Source: Homoserinimonas sp.
Lineage (GTDB): Bacteria > Actinomycetota > Actinomycetes > Actinomycetales > Microbacteriaceae
Length of the DNA: 64,000 bases
Direction of reading: 5' to 3'
Assembly: GCA_040904805.1 (NCBI GenBank)
Contig: JBBDSS010000004.1
Span: forward strand, 2,481-66,480
A program made the position numbers and the translations under genes. Of the stretch, positions 55,145 to 63,798 are shown piece by piece. Every line of letters begins with the position of its first letter. The first letter of the stretch is position 1. The notes under the pieces were generated by a model, which was given only the letters and a program-made list of their open reading frames with translations, did no database searches and had not been told where the DNA came from.

Positions 55145-56329
55145 GTGGAGATCTCGCAACATGAATACGACGAGCGCCTGCGCAACGTTCGTGCCCGGAT
55201 GACCGACCAGGGCCTCTCGGCGCTCCTGGTCTCCGACCCGTCGAACCTCTACTACCTGACCGGCTACAACGCCTGGTCGTTCTACACACCGCAGTTCCTG
55301 TTCGTCCCGGCCAGCGGCGACCTCATCCTGTTCGCCCGGGCGATGGACGCCGGCGGCGCCCACCGCACCGCCTGGCTGCCGAAAACCCAGATCATCGGAT
55401 ACCCGGAGACCCTGGTGCACCGCCCGCACGAGCATCCGTTCGACTGGGTGGGCGCCCAGCTGCGGGAACTCGGGGTGGTGGCCGACGCATCCGCCGGCCA
55501 GGTCGGGCTCGAGCTCGACTCCCACTTCTTCTCGCCGAAGGCCTACCTCTCCCTGCTGAACGCCCTGCCAGAGTGGAAATTCGTCGACAGCTACGAACTC
55601 GTCAACTGGGTGCGGGTCGTCAAGTCGCCGGCAGAGATCGGCCTGATGCGCATCGCTGCCGACGTCTGCACCAACGCCATGAACGCCGCAATCGACAACA
55701 TCCGGGTCGGCGCCCGCCAGTGCGACGTCGCTGCCGAGATCAGCCGGGCCCAGATCGCCGGCACCCCGGAGCACGGCGGCGACTACCCGGCGATCGTGCC
55801 GATGATGCCGATGGGGGCGGCGGCAGACACCCCGCACCTGACCTGGACCGAAGACCCGTTCATCGACAACCAGGGCGTCTCGGTGGAGATCGCCGGCACG
55901 CATAAGCGGTACCACGTGCCGCTGGCCCGCACCATCATGCTGGGCACGCCCACCAGCGAGCTGCAGAAAGTCGTCGGCGCAGTCGGCGAAGGCGTCGAAT
56001 CGGTGCTGAGCATCATCCGCCCTGGCGTGCAGGCCCGCGAACTGGCGGCGGCCTGGGATGCCACGCTCGCCAAGTACGGGCTGTCGAAGCCGTCGCGCAT
56101 CGGCTACTCCATCGGCATCGGCTACCCGCCGGACTGGGGAGAGCGCACCGTCAGCCTGCGCGGTGACGACGAGACCGTGCTGCAGGAGAACATGACCTTC
56201 CACCTGATGTGCGGCATGTGGATGGACGACTACGGCTACGAACTGTCCGAACCCTTCCGGGTCTCGGCAGACGGCGTCGAGACGTTCACCTCGCTGCCTC
56301 GCGACCTGATCTACGCAAGGAATCGATAA
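55145..56329 (+). CDS. M24-family hydrolase (creatinase/prolidase fold; ectoine hydrolase DoeA/EutD-like)
   Basis: 394 aa. The N-terminal region LLVSDPSNLYYLTGYNAWSFYTPQ and the pita-bread C-terminal domain resemble the DoeA/creatinase subgroup by eye. Confidence 0.75.
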   Translation: MEISQHEYDERLRNVRARMTDQGLSALLVSDPSNLYYLTGYNAWSFYTPQFLFVPASGDLILFARAMDAGGAHRTAWLPKTQIIGYPETLVHRPHEHPFDWVGAQLRELGVVADASAGQVGLELDSHFFSPKAYLSLLNALPEWKFVDSYELVNWVRVVKSPAEIGLMRIAADVCTNAMNAAIDNIRVGARQCDVAAEISRAQIAGTPEHGGDYPAIVPMMPMGAAADTPHLTWTEDPFIDNQGVSVEIAGTHKRYHVPLARTIMLGTPTSELQKVVGAVGEGVESVLSIIRPGVQARELAAAWDATLAKYGLSKPSRIGYSIGIGYPPDWGERTVSLRGDDETVLQENMTFHLMCGMWMDDYGYELSEPFRVSADGVETFTSLPRDLIYARNR

Positions 56330-57552
56330 TGAGCACCACCACGCTGCCGTTCGCGGCCCGCGCCAGCCGCCTCACCGGGTCGATCATCGACTCGAGCACC
56401 TCGCTCCTGGCCGCGCAGACTCACGACATCGTGCGCTTCGCCATGGGGTCGCCGGCGGATGAGGCGGTGCCGCTCGACGAGTTCAGGGACATCGCGGCCA
56501 GCGAGCTCGACTACAGCAGCTTCACCTACGGCGCGACCGAGGGGGAGCCGGAGCTGCTGGAACAGTTGGTCGACTACCTGTCGACCACCCCGGAGCCGAC
56601 ATCACTCGATCGGATCATCGTCACCGCCGGTGGCATGCAGGGTCTCGACCTGGCCTGCAAGATCTTCGTCGACCCGGGCGACCTGGTTATCGTCGAGAGC
56701 CCGACCTACACGAACGGCAGCGCCACCGCCGCCAGCTACGGGGCCGAACTGCTCGAAGCGCCGATGGACGACGACGGGCTCATCGTGGAGGCCCTGCCCG
56801 AGCTGGTGGCGAAGGCCGGCCGCACCCCCAAGGCGATCTACGTCATCCCGAACTTCCAGAACCCCTCCGGCACCACGCTGTCCGCCGCCCGCCGCGAGCA
56901 CCTGCTTGAACTGGCGCACGAGTGGAATGCTGTCATCATCGACGACGACCCCTACGGGCTGCTGCGTTTCGCCGGCGAAGAACTGCCCGGCTTCCAGAGC
57001 CTCAGCCCGGCCGACCCGCTGCTGTTCTCGGTGCGCACCTTCTCCAAAATCCTGGCCCCCGGCCTGCGCGTCGGCTGGGTCGACACCGACCCGGCCATCC
57101 GCCAGCTGGTCATCAACGCCAAGCAGGCGATGGACACCTGCACCAATGTCCCGGCGCAGCAGATGGTGGCCGAATTCATCCGTCGCGGCGGACTGAGCGA
57201 CCACCTGGAGTCGATCAAAAAGACCTACCTCGAGCGCAAGAACGCGATGACCGAGAGCATCACCCGCCACCTGGGCGACCGGGTGCGGATGACCGACCCG
57301 GAGGGCGGCTTCTTCCTCTGGGTGACCCTGCAGGGCGAGGATGCGAAGACCTCGACCTCCGCGCTGTTCGAGACCGCCCTGGCAGAGGGCGTCGCGTTCA
57401 TCCCCGGACCGGCGCTGTCGGCCAGCGGCAAATTCGATGACGCGCTGCGCCTGTGCTTCGCCTCGTCCACGCCCGACCGCATCGATGAAGGCGTGCGGCG
57501 GCTGGCCAGGGCCCTCGATCAGCACCGTGCCCTTGATCGAGCCCGGCTATGA
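56329..57552 (+). CDS. class I/II PLP-dependent aminotransferase
   Basis: 407 aa from ATG 56329, sharing TAATG with the upstream stop. PLP-Lys context RTFSKILAPGLRVGW. Confidence 0.8.
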   Translation: MSTTTLPFAARASRLTGSIIDSSTSLLAAQTHDIVRFAMGSPADEAVPLDEFRDIAASELDYSSFTYGATEGEPELLEQLVDYLSTTPEPTSLDRIIVTAGGMQGLDLACKIFVDPGDLVIVESPTYTNGSATAASYGAELLEAPMDDDGLIVEALPELVAKAGRTPKAIYVIPNFQNPSGTTLSAARREHLLELAHEWNAVIIDDDPYGLLRFAGEELPGFQSLSPADPLLFSVRTFSKILAPGLRVGWVDTDPAIRQLVINAKQAMDTCTNVPAQQMVAEFIRRGGLSDHLESIKKTYLERKNAMTESITRHLGDRVRMTDPEGGFFLWVTLQGEDAKTSTSALFETALAEGVAFIPGPALSASGKFDDALRLCFASSTPDRIDEGVRRLARALDQHRALDRARL

Positions 57553-58733
57553 CCACTGCGGCTGAGCAGGAACTGCTCGACCGCATCGACACCGACCAAC
57601 TGCGGGAGCTGACCCTGGCCCTGGTCGGCGCCGCGGGCGAGAACCCGGGTTCCACCGAGGAAGCGACAGTCTCAGTGCTGACGGATGCCTGCGAGAGGTA
57701 CGGCTTCACCGTCGAGCTCCAGGATGTCGCCCCCGGGCGGCAGAACCTGATCGCCACCCTGTCCGGCGGCAGCGAGCTCGGCCTGATGTTCCTCGGCCAC
57801 TCGGATGTGGTCCCGGCCGGCGAAGGCTGGAAAAGCGAACCCTTCGAACCGTTCGTGGAAGACGGACGCCTGTACGGCCGCGGCTCGACCGACATGAAAG
57901 GCGGTCTCGCGGCCGTCATTCTCGCGATGGCCGCCCTGTCGGCGACGCCGCTGCGCGGGCCGGTGCAGCTGGTCTGCACTGTCGACGAGGAAGACCTGGG
58001 GCTCGGCATCCGCGCCTACGCTCCGACAGCGCCGCGCGGGATGTTCGCCGGCTGTGTCGTCGCCGAACCCACTGACCTGCAGACGGTCATCGGATGCCGC
58101 GGCGACAGCTACCTGCGCCTGGGCGTCACCGGCAAGGCGGCGCACTCCGGCCGGCCGGATGACGGCCGCAACGCGATCGCGGCAGCGGCCCGGGTGTTCG
58201 AGCTGCTGCGCGCGAACCATCACGAACTGAAGGAGCATCCCGACCCGCTGCTCGGCTCCGGCACCTGGAGCATCGGCAGCATCGTCGGCGGAACCGGCAC
58301 CTCGATCGTCGCAGCCGACTGCGCCGCGGCAGTCGACCGACGGCTGATGCCGGGCGAGAATGCCCAGGACATCGCCGACGACCTGAAGACCCGCATCCGC
58401 GAGGCCGGCATCGACGGCGACGGCATCGAGGTGAGCGTCGAGGTCGAGATGGAGATGCCCGGCTTTCGAACCGACCCCGAGCATCCGCTGGTCGCCGCCG
58501 GAGTCGACGCCATCGACGACGCCGGGGGAGGCCGCATCGCCATCGGCGGCTGGACCGCCGCCTGCGATGGTGGCTTCATCGCCCGCGACGTCGGGGTCTC
58601 CTGCATCGTGCTCGGCCCTGGTGGCCTCAACGACCAGGCGCACCAGGCCAACGAGTCGGTCGGGCTCGAGGAGCTGGAAGTCGCCACGCGGGCATATGCC
58701 TTGCTCGCCATACGAACCGTAGGAGTCGCATGA
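57549..58733 (+). CDS. M20-family metallopeptidase/deacylase (ArgE/DapE-like)
   Basis: 394 aa. Motifs GHSDVVP, GRGSTDMKGG and TVDEE. Overlaps the upstream stop by 4 nt. Confidence 0.85.
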   Translation: MTTAAEQELLDRIDTDQLRELTLALVGAAGENPGSTEEATVSVLTDACERYGFTVELQDVAPGRQNLIATLSGGSELGLMFLGHSDVVPAGEGWKSEPFEPFVEDGRLYGRGSTDMKGGLAAVILAMAALSATPLRGPVQLVCTVDEEDLGLGIRAYAPTAPRGMFAGCVVAEPTDLQTVIGCRGDSYLRLGVTGKAAHSGRPDDGRNAIAAAARVFELLRANHHELKEHPDPLLGSGTWSIGSIVGGTGTSIVAADCAAAVDRRLMPGENAQDIADDLKTRIREAGIDGDGIEVSVEVEMEMPGFRTDPEHPLVAAGVDAIDDAGGGRIAIGGWTAACDGGFIARDVGVSCIVLGPGGLNDQAHQANESVGLEELEVATRAYALLAIRTVGVA

Positions 58734-59698
58734 TCCTCGTAGTGCTGTATCAGGAGGGGCTGCCGGAAGGCATGGCCGAGATCGAAGCCGTCGCCGAGGT
58801 GCGGTACACCCGGGCGGACGGGCTGGCTGAGGCGATCAGGGGAGCGGATGCGCTGCTGCTCTGGGACTTCTTCTCCACCGCGGTCAAGGACATCTGGCAG
58901 AACTGCGACTCGCTCACCTGGATCCACGTGGCCGCGGCCGGGGTCGACAAGTTGCTGTTCGACGAGCTGCGGGAGTCCGGCGTCATTGTCACCAACTCGC
59001 GCGGAATTTTCGATCGGCCGATCGCCGAGTTCGTGCTGGCCAGCATCCTGGCGTTCGCCAAAGACCTGCCAGGGTCGCTGCGGCGGCAGCAGGCGGCAGT
59101 GTGGGAACACCGCGAGACCGAGCGGATCGATGCCTCGACGGCGCTCATCGTCGGCACCGGGTCGATCGGCCGCGAGACAGCCCGGCTGCTGTCGGCGGTC
59201 GGCATGCGGGTGTCCGGCGTAGGGCGCACCGACCGTGTTGGTGACCCCGACTTCGGGGTGGTGCATGCGGCAGGCCGGCTGGCATCCGTCGTCGCCGACA
59301 GCGACTATGTGGTGCTGATCGCCCCGCTGACGGATGCGACGCGCGGCATGGTGGACGCCGAGGTGCTCGCGGCGATGAAGCCGCCCGCCCGCCTGGTCAA
59401 CGTCGGTCGCGGGGAACTGCTCGACGACGAGGCCCTGGTCGACGCGCTGCGGTCCGGGACGATCGCCGGTGCTGCCCTCGACGTCTTCAGCACCGAACCG
59501 CTGCCGCGCGACAACGCGCTGTGGGGACTCGAGAACGTGCTCATCTCGTCGCACCTCAGCGGCGACGCCGTCGGATGGCTGGAACGGCTCTCCGCGCTGT
59601 TCGGCGAGAACACGCGCCGCTACCTCGACGGCGCCCCCCTGCTCAACGTCGTAGACAAGCAACTGGGCTTCGTCCCACCGGACCCGCGCCCCCGATAG
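58730..59698 (+). CDS. D-isomer-specific 2-hydroxyacid dehydrogenase family protein
   Basis: 322 aa. Motifs IVGTGSIGRETARLL, NVGRGELLD and SSHLSG. Overlaps the upstream stop by 4 nt. Confidence 0.85.
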   Translation: MILVVLYQEGLPEGMAEIEAVAEVRYTRADGLAEAIRGADALLLWDFFSTAVKDIWQNCDSLTWIHVAAAGVDKLLFDELRESGVIVTNSRGIFDRPIAEFVLASILAFAKDLPGSLRRQQAAVWEHRETERIDASTALIVGTGSIGRETARLLSAVGMRVSGVGRTDRVGDPDFGVVHAAGRLASVVADSDYVVLIAPLTDATRGMVDAEVLAAMKPPARLVNVGRGELLDDEALVDALRSGTIAGAALDVFSTEPLPRDNALWGLENVLISSHLSGDAVGWLERLSALFGENTRRYLDGAPLLNVVDKQLGFVPPDPRPR

Positions 59699-59704
59699 GT
59701 ACGA

Positions 59705-60436
59705 CTACCCGCGGAAGAGGGTTCCCAGGCCGGGGAGCTTGAGCGGACGCCCGGCGATCCGCAGGCCCTCCCATACGGTGACCTGGTTCGCGGTGAGCAC
59801 GACCTTGCCGGTGGCCTGCTCCAGGTCGTCGACCCAGCGCAGGGAGTGCATGGCGGTGTCCGGGATGAGGATGGCCTCGGCATCCGCGTGGTCTGCCGCC
59901 TTCGCCATGGCGATCACCTGCTCCCTGTCCAGCAACCCGACCTCGCCGGCGGTGGCGATGTCGTTGCTCTGGAACGACACGACCTCGATGCCGGCGTCCC
60001 CGAGAAACCGCTTGAAGTGCTGGGCCAGGTCGTCCGGGTAGCTGGCCGCCACGGCGACCTTGCCGACGCCGAGCGCACGGCAGGCCTGGGCGAATGCGAT
60101 CGACGTCGACGAGGTGGGGATCCCGATCGCCTGGGCGACCTCATCCGCCTGGTCATGGGCGCCTCCCCAGCCATAGACGAAGCTGCCGGAGGTGCACGCC
60201 CAGATGACCGCATCCGGGGAGAATGCGGCGACCTCCCGGGCGCCCTCCAGGAGGTTTTCGCTGCCGCCGACCGCGAGCAGTTCCTCGACGAGGTGCGCCA
60301 CATCGCCGCCAGCGGTGAGAACCAGGGGGAGCCGCAGCACGCCGTCGTGGGCTTCCTCCAGGTACGGGAAGTCGTCTTCCGCTCCCACCCCCGGGTAAAG
60401 CAGCCCAACAGAAGGCACGGTGTTCAACTCGGTCAT
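59705..60436 (-). CDS. Asp/Glu racemase - arylmalonate decarboxylase - maleate isomerase family protein (EutA-like)
   Basis: 243 aa from ATG 60436. The family call is by eye (ACTSGSF, IPTSSTS, C-terminal VLTANQVTVWE). A paralog lies at 63799..>64000. Confidence 0.65.
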   Translation of the reverse strand: MTELNTVPSVGLLYPGVGAEDDFPYLEEAHDGVLRLPLVLTAGGDVAHLVEELLAVGGSENLLEGAREVAAFSPDAVIWACTSGSFVYGWGGAHDQADEVAQAIGIPTSSTSIAFAQACRALGVGKVAVAASYPDDLAQHFKRFLGDAGIEVVSFQSNDIATAGEVGLLDREQVIAMAKAADHADAEAILIPDTAMHSLRWVDDLEQATGKVVLTANQVTVWEGLRIAGRPLKLPGLGTLFRG

Positions 60437-60473
60437 GGCTGCCCTTCCAAACGAGATCAAAAAGTGTTCGTTG

Positions 60474-60506
60474 ATTGTTGACAATCCTACACAGAGTGAA
60501 TAGGTT
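60474..60506 (+). promoter_or_regulatory. 13-nt motif ATTGTTGACAATC, site 4, embedded in a candidate promoter (TTGACA-17 nt-TAGGTT)
   Basis: Motif at 60474-60486. Its TTGACA (60478-83) sits exactly 17 nt before TAGGTT (60501-06), upstream of the ABC transporter operon and divergent from the racemase-like gene. Confidence 0.5.
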
Positions 60507-60596
60507 TTCTAGGAACGCACCGAGAGAATTCCTGTCGAACCATGTGCAGGGACCGTTAAGGCCTGATGCAGGCCCCCAGAAAGATCGGAATCAACG

Positions 60597-61496
60597 ATGA
60601 ACCGAATTCCCACACGGCAGCGCATGCTTCGAGCTATCGGAGTCACCACCGCCGGACTGCTTCTCGCGGGAACCTTCGCAGCGTGTACCACGACCACCCC
60701 GGGCGGCCCCGGCGCCGGCGAGCCTGCCGATGTCAACACGCTTGAGCGTGGGATGGAAGACGGTTACCTGCGCGTCGGTATCGCCAACGAGCCGCCGTAC
60801 ACCGAGGTCAACGCCGACGGTTCCGTCCACGGGGCCGAACCGGACATCCTCCGCGCAGTGCTTCAGACGATGGGCATCGAAGAGATCCAGGGCGTCATCA
60901 CTCCTTACGACGCGATGATCCCCGGCCTGAACGCCGACCGCTGGGACGTGGTCGCAGCAGGCCTGTTCATGAAGCAGTCACGCTGTGCGGCTGTCGCCTA
61001 CTCCGAGCCGGTCATCGTGTCGACCGAATCGTACGGCGTGCCGATCGGCAACCCGAAGGACATCACCACCATTCAGGATGCCATCGACAACGCCGACCTG
61101 AAGATCGCCGTCCTCTCCGGAGGCTTCGAGGAGGGCATCCTGAAGAACATGGGCGTTCCCGACGGACAGCACGTGCTGGTCAAGGATGCTCGCAGTGGCA
61201 TGGAGGCGGTGACCGCCAACCGTGCTGACGCGTTCCTGCTTCCGACGCTCTCGCTCCTGTCGCTGATTGAACAGGATGCGAGCATCGAAGTCACCGAGCC
61301 GATCGAGGACGCACCGCGTACCGGCTCCGGCGCCGCATTCCGCCAGACCGATACCGAACTGCTCGACGCCTACAACGAGGCACTCGCCGAGTTCAAGGAG
61401 ACCCCGGAGTTCGCCGAGATTCTGACCCAGTGGGGCTTCGACCCGACAGTGGTCGAGGGTGTCACGGCTGAAGAGCTCTGCCAGACCGAAGGCTAG
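60597..61496 (+). CDS. polar amino-acid/ectoine-type ABC transporter substrate-binding lipoprotein
   Basis: 299 aa with lipobox LLAGTFAAC. Type-II (family 3) SBP-like sequence. Confidence 0.85.
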   Translation: MNRIPTRQRMLRAIGVTTAGLLLAGTFAACTTTTPGGPGAGEPADVNTLERGMEDGYLRVGIANEPPYTEVNADGSVHGAEPDILRAVLQTMGIEEIQGVITPYDAMIPGLNADRWDVVAAGLFMKQSRCAAVAYSEPVIVSTESYGVPIGNPKDITTIQDAIDNADLKIAVLSGGFEEGILKNMGVPDGQHVLVKDARSGMEAVTANRADAFLLPTLSLLSLIEQDASIEVTEPIEDAPRTGSGAAFRQTDTELLDAYNEALAEFKETPEFAEILTQWGFDPTVVEGVTAEELCQTEG

Positions 61497-61575
61497 CCGA
61501 ACCTCGGTCGCGGGGTGCAGCGCAGCGATGCCTGCTGCACCCCGCTATCGCACTCCCGCCAGGAAAGGCAGGTAG

Positions 61576-62274
61576 ATGAACGCGGTAATTGAATTCGGCC
61601 CACTGCTGCTGCAGGGCCTCTGGGTGACGATTCTCGTCACCGTACTCGGTGCACTCCTCACCATCGTCGTCGCATTTGCCGCAGGCCTGTCGGGTCTGTC
61701 AAAGCACTGGTGGCTGCGGGTACCGTCCTCGATCTTCGTGGAATTCTTTCGCGGATCCGGCCTGCTCGTTCAGATGTTCTGGTTCTTCTACGCGCTGCCG
61801 TTCCTCGGGATCCAGTTGACCCCGCTGATGGCCGGGGTGCTCGCCCTCGGTTTGAACGAGGGGGCTTACGCTGCCGAAGTGGTGCGAGGAACCATTCGCT
61901 CCCGGCCCAAGGGGCAGACGGAAGCGGCCATCGCACTGGGCATGAGCCCGTCACTGCGGATGCGACGCATCCTGCTCCCGCAATCCTTCCCCTCGATGCT
62001 GCCGGCCTTCGGCAACGTCATGGTCGACCTGCTGAAGAACACCTCGCTGGTGTCCCTGGTCACCGTCTCCGACCTGACCTGGCGGGCGTTCACCGCCCGT
62101 ACCGTCACCGGCGCGACTCTCGAACTGTTCCTCACCATCCTGGTGCTGTACTACCTCCTGTCGCTGCTGCTCGGCTGGCTGACCAGGTGGCTCGAGAAGA
62201 AGTACGCACTCGACCGTAAGTCCCTGGCGAAGGCCCGCCCGCTGAAGAACCTGGTTGGGGGTGTCTCCGCATGA
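61576..62274 (+). CDS. amino-acid ABC transporter permease
   Basis: 232 aa with about 5 TM. His/Glu/Gln/Arg/opine-type permease. Confidence 0.85.
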   Translation: MNAVIEFGPLLLQGLWVTILVTVLGALLTIVVAFAAGLSGLSKHWWLRVPSSIFVEFFRGSGLLVQMFWFFYALPFLGIQLTPLMAGVLALGLNEGAYAAEVVRGTIRSRPKGQTEAAIALGMSPSLRMRRILLPQSFPSMLPAFGNVMVDLLKNTSLVSLVTVSDLTWRAFTARTVTGATLELFLTILVLYYLLSLLLGWLTRWLEKKYALDRKSLAKARPLKNLVGGVSA

Positions 62275-62930
62275 GCATCTGGGACAGTGAATTCGCGATC
62301 TCCATCATCCCGGTCCTGTTGCATGGGTTCTGGATCACCATCCAGATCACCTTCTGGTCGTTCCTGATCAGCCTCGCCGTCGGGTTGGTGGTCTCGGTCA
62401 TCCGGTTCCTCAAGATCCCGATCGTCTCGCGCCTGGGCGACTTCTACGTGTCGTTCATCCGCGGCACTCCGCTGCTGGTTCAGGCCTATATCGCCTACTT
62501 CGTGCTTCCGTCGTTCGGGTTGGTCTACGACGCGCTGCCCACCGGCATCGTCGTGCTGGGCCTCAACTACAGCGCGTACACGGCCGAGGTCTACCGGGCC
62601 GGCATCGAGCAGCTGCCGAAGGGGCAGTGGGAGGCATCGCGAGCACTCAGCCTGCCGCCCGCACGCACCTGGTTCCGCATCGTGGTTCCGCAGGCGGTCC
62701 GCCCGATCATCCCCGTTCTCGGCAACTACCTGATCATGATGTTCAAGGACTCGGCGATACTCTCGTCCATCACGATCCTCGAACTGCTCGGTACGGCCTT
62801 GCAGATCGGCAGCAACTACTACCGCTATCTGGAGCCGATCACGATCATCGGGCTGATGTACCTTGCGATCAGCTTCCCCTGCTCACTACTCATTAGAAGA
62901 CTGGAGCGACGTTTTGTCCCCACACACTGA
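62271..62930 (+). CDS. amino-acid ABC transporter permease
   Basis: 219 aa. Paralogous to the previous gene, with a 4-nt overlap. Confidence 0.85.
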   Translation: MSIWDSEFAISIIPVLLHGFWITIQITFWSFLISLAVGLVVSVIRFLKIPIVSRLGDFYVSFIRGTPLLVQAYIAYFVLPSFGLVYDALPTGIVVLGLNYSAYTAEVYRAGIEQLPKGQWEASRALSLPPARTWFRIVVPQAVRPIIPVLGNYLIMMFKDSAILSSITILELLGTALQIGSNYYRYLEPITIIGLMYLAISFPCSLLIRRLERRFVPTH

Positions 62931-63729
62931 CACCCTGCGGACCCTGAACTCGAAGGGTGCGCCCAGCGACGTCGAAATCTCGTTCACCAATGTGAGCAAG
63001 GCCTGGGGGTCGAACCAGGTGCTGCGCGGCCTCAACTTCGAGGTCGCCCCAGGCGAGAAGGTCTCGATCATCGGCCCGTCAGGGTCGGGCAAGACCACCA
63101 TCCTGCGCATCCTGATGACCCTGGAGACTCCGGACGAGGGCCTGGTCACCGTGGGCGGCGATGTACTCTGGGATGCCAAGCGCGGCGTGAAGAACAAGGA
63201 GACCAAGCAGACCATCGCCACCAGGCGCAAGGTCGGCATGGTCTTCCAGCAGTTCAATCTCTTCCCGCACATGACGGTTCTCGAGAACGTCATCGAGGCG
63301 CCCATCCACGTGCTGGGCATCTCCAAGCAGGAGGCGAACGAGCGGGCGGTCGACCTGCTCGAGCTGGTTGGCCTGAAGGACCACATGAAGCACACTCCAC
63401 CGGAGCTCTCCGGTGGCCAGCAACAGCGCGTGGCTATTGCCCGGGCGCTTGCCATGCGACCGCGCGTCATGCTGTTCGACGAGCCGACTTCCGCCCTCGA
63501 CCCCGAGCTGATCGGCGAGGTGCTGAACGTCATTCGTCGCCTGGCGACCACGACCGACATGACCATGCTGATGGTGACGCACGAGATGCGGTTCGCGCAG
63601 GAGATCTCCGACCGCGTCGTGATGTTCGACAAGGGCGTCGTGGTCGAGGCCGGCCCGCCGGAGCAGCTCTTCAAGAACCCGCAGCAGGAGCGGACACAAC
63701 AGTTCTTGAAGGCGGTCAACCCTTACTAG
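62914..63729 (+). CDS. amino-acid ABC transporter ATP-binding protein
   Basis: Motifs GPSGSGKTT, LSGGQQQRVAIARAL and MLFDEPTSALD. The start is uncertain. In-frame TTG 62914 lies 7 nt after GGAG. The tracked ATG 62863 would overlap the permease by 68 nt. Confidence 0.85.
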   Translation: MSPHTDTLRTLNSKGAPSDVEISFTNVSKAWGSNQVLRGLNFEVAPGEKVSIIGPSGSGKTTILRILMTLETPDEGLVTVGGDVLWDAKRGVKNKETKQTIATRRKVGMVFQQFNLFPHMTVLENVIEAPIHVLGISKQEANERAVDLLELVGLKDHMKHTPPELSGGQQQRVAIARALAMRPRVMLFDEPTSALDPELIGEVLNVIRRLATTTDMTMLMVTHEMRFAQEISDRVVMFDKGVVVEAGPPEQLFKNPQQERTQQFLKAVNPY

Positions 63730-63748
63730 CCGCCAGTGGTTGGCTGCT

Positions 63749-63776
63749 GGCCGGGCTGTCCTGTGATGGCCCGGCC
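63749..63776. terminator. 8-bp GC hairpin between convergent genes
   Basis: GGCCGGGC (63749-56) pairs with GCCCGGCC (63769-76). No clear U-tract. Confidence 0.3.
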
Positions 63777-63798
63777 GCTGCCGTCCGTACCGCGAGGG

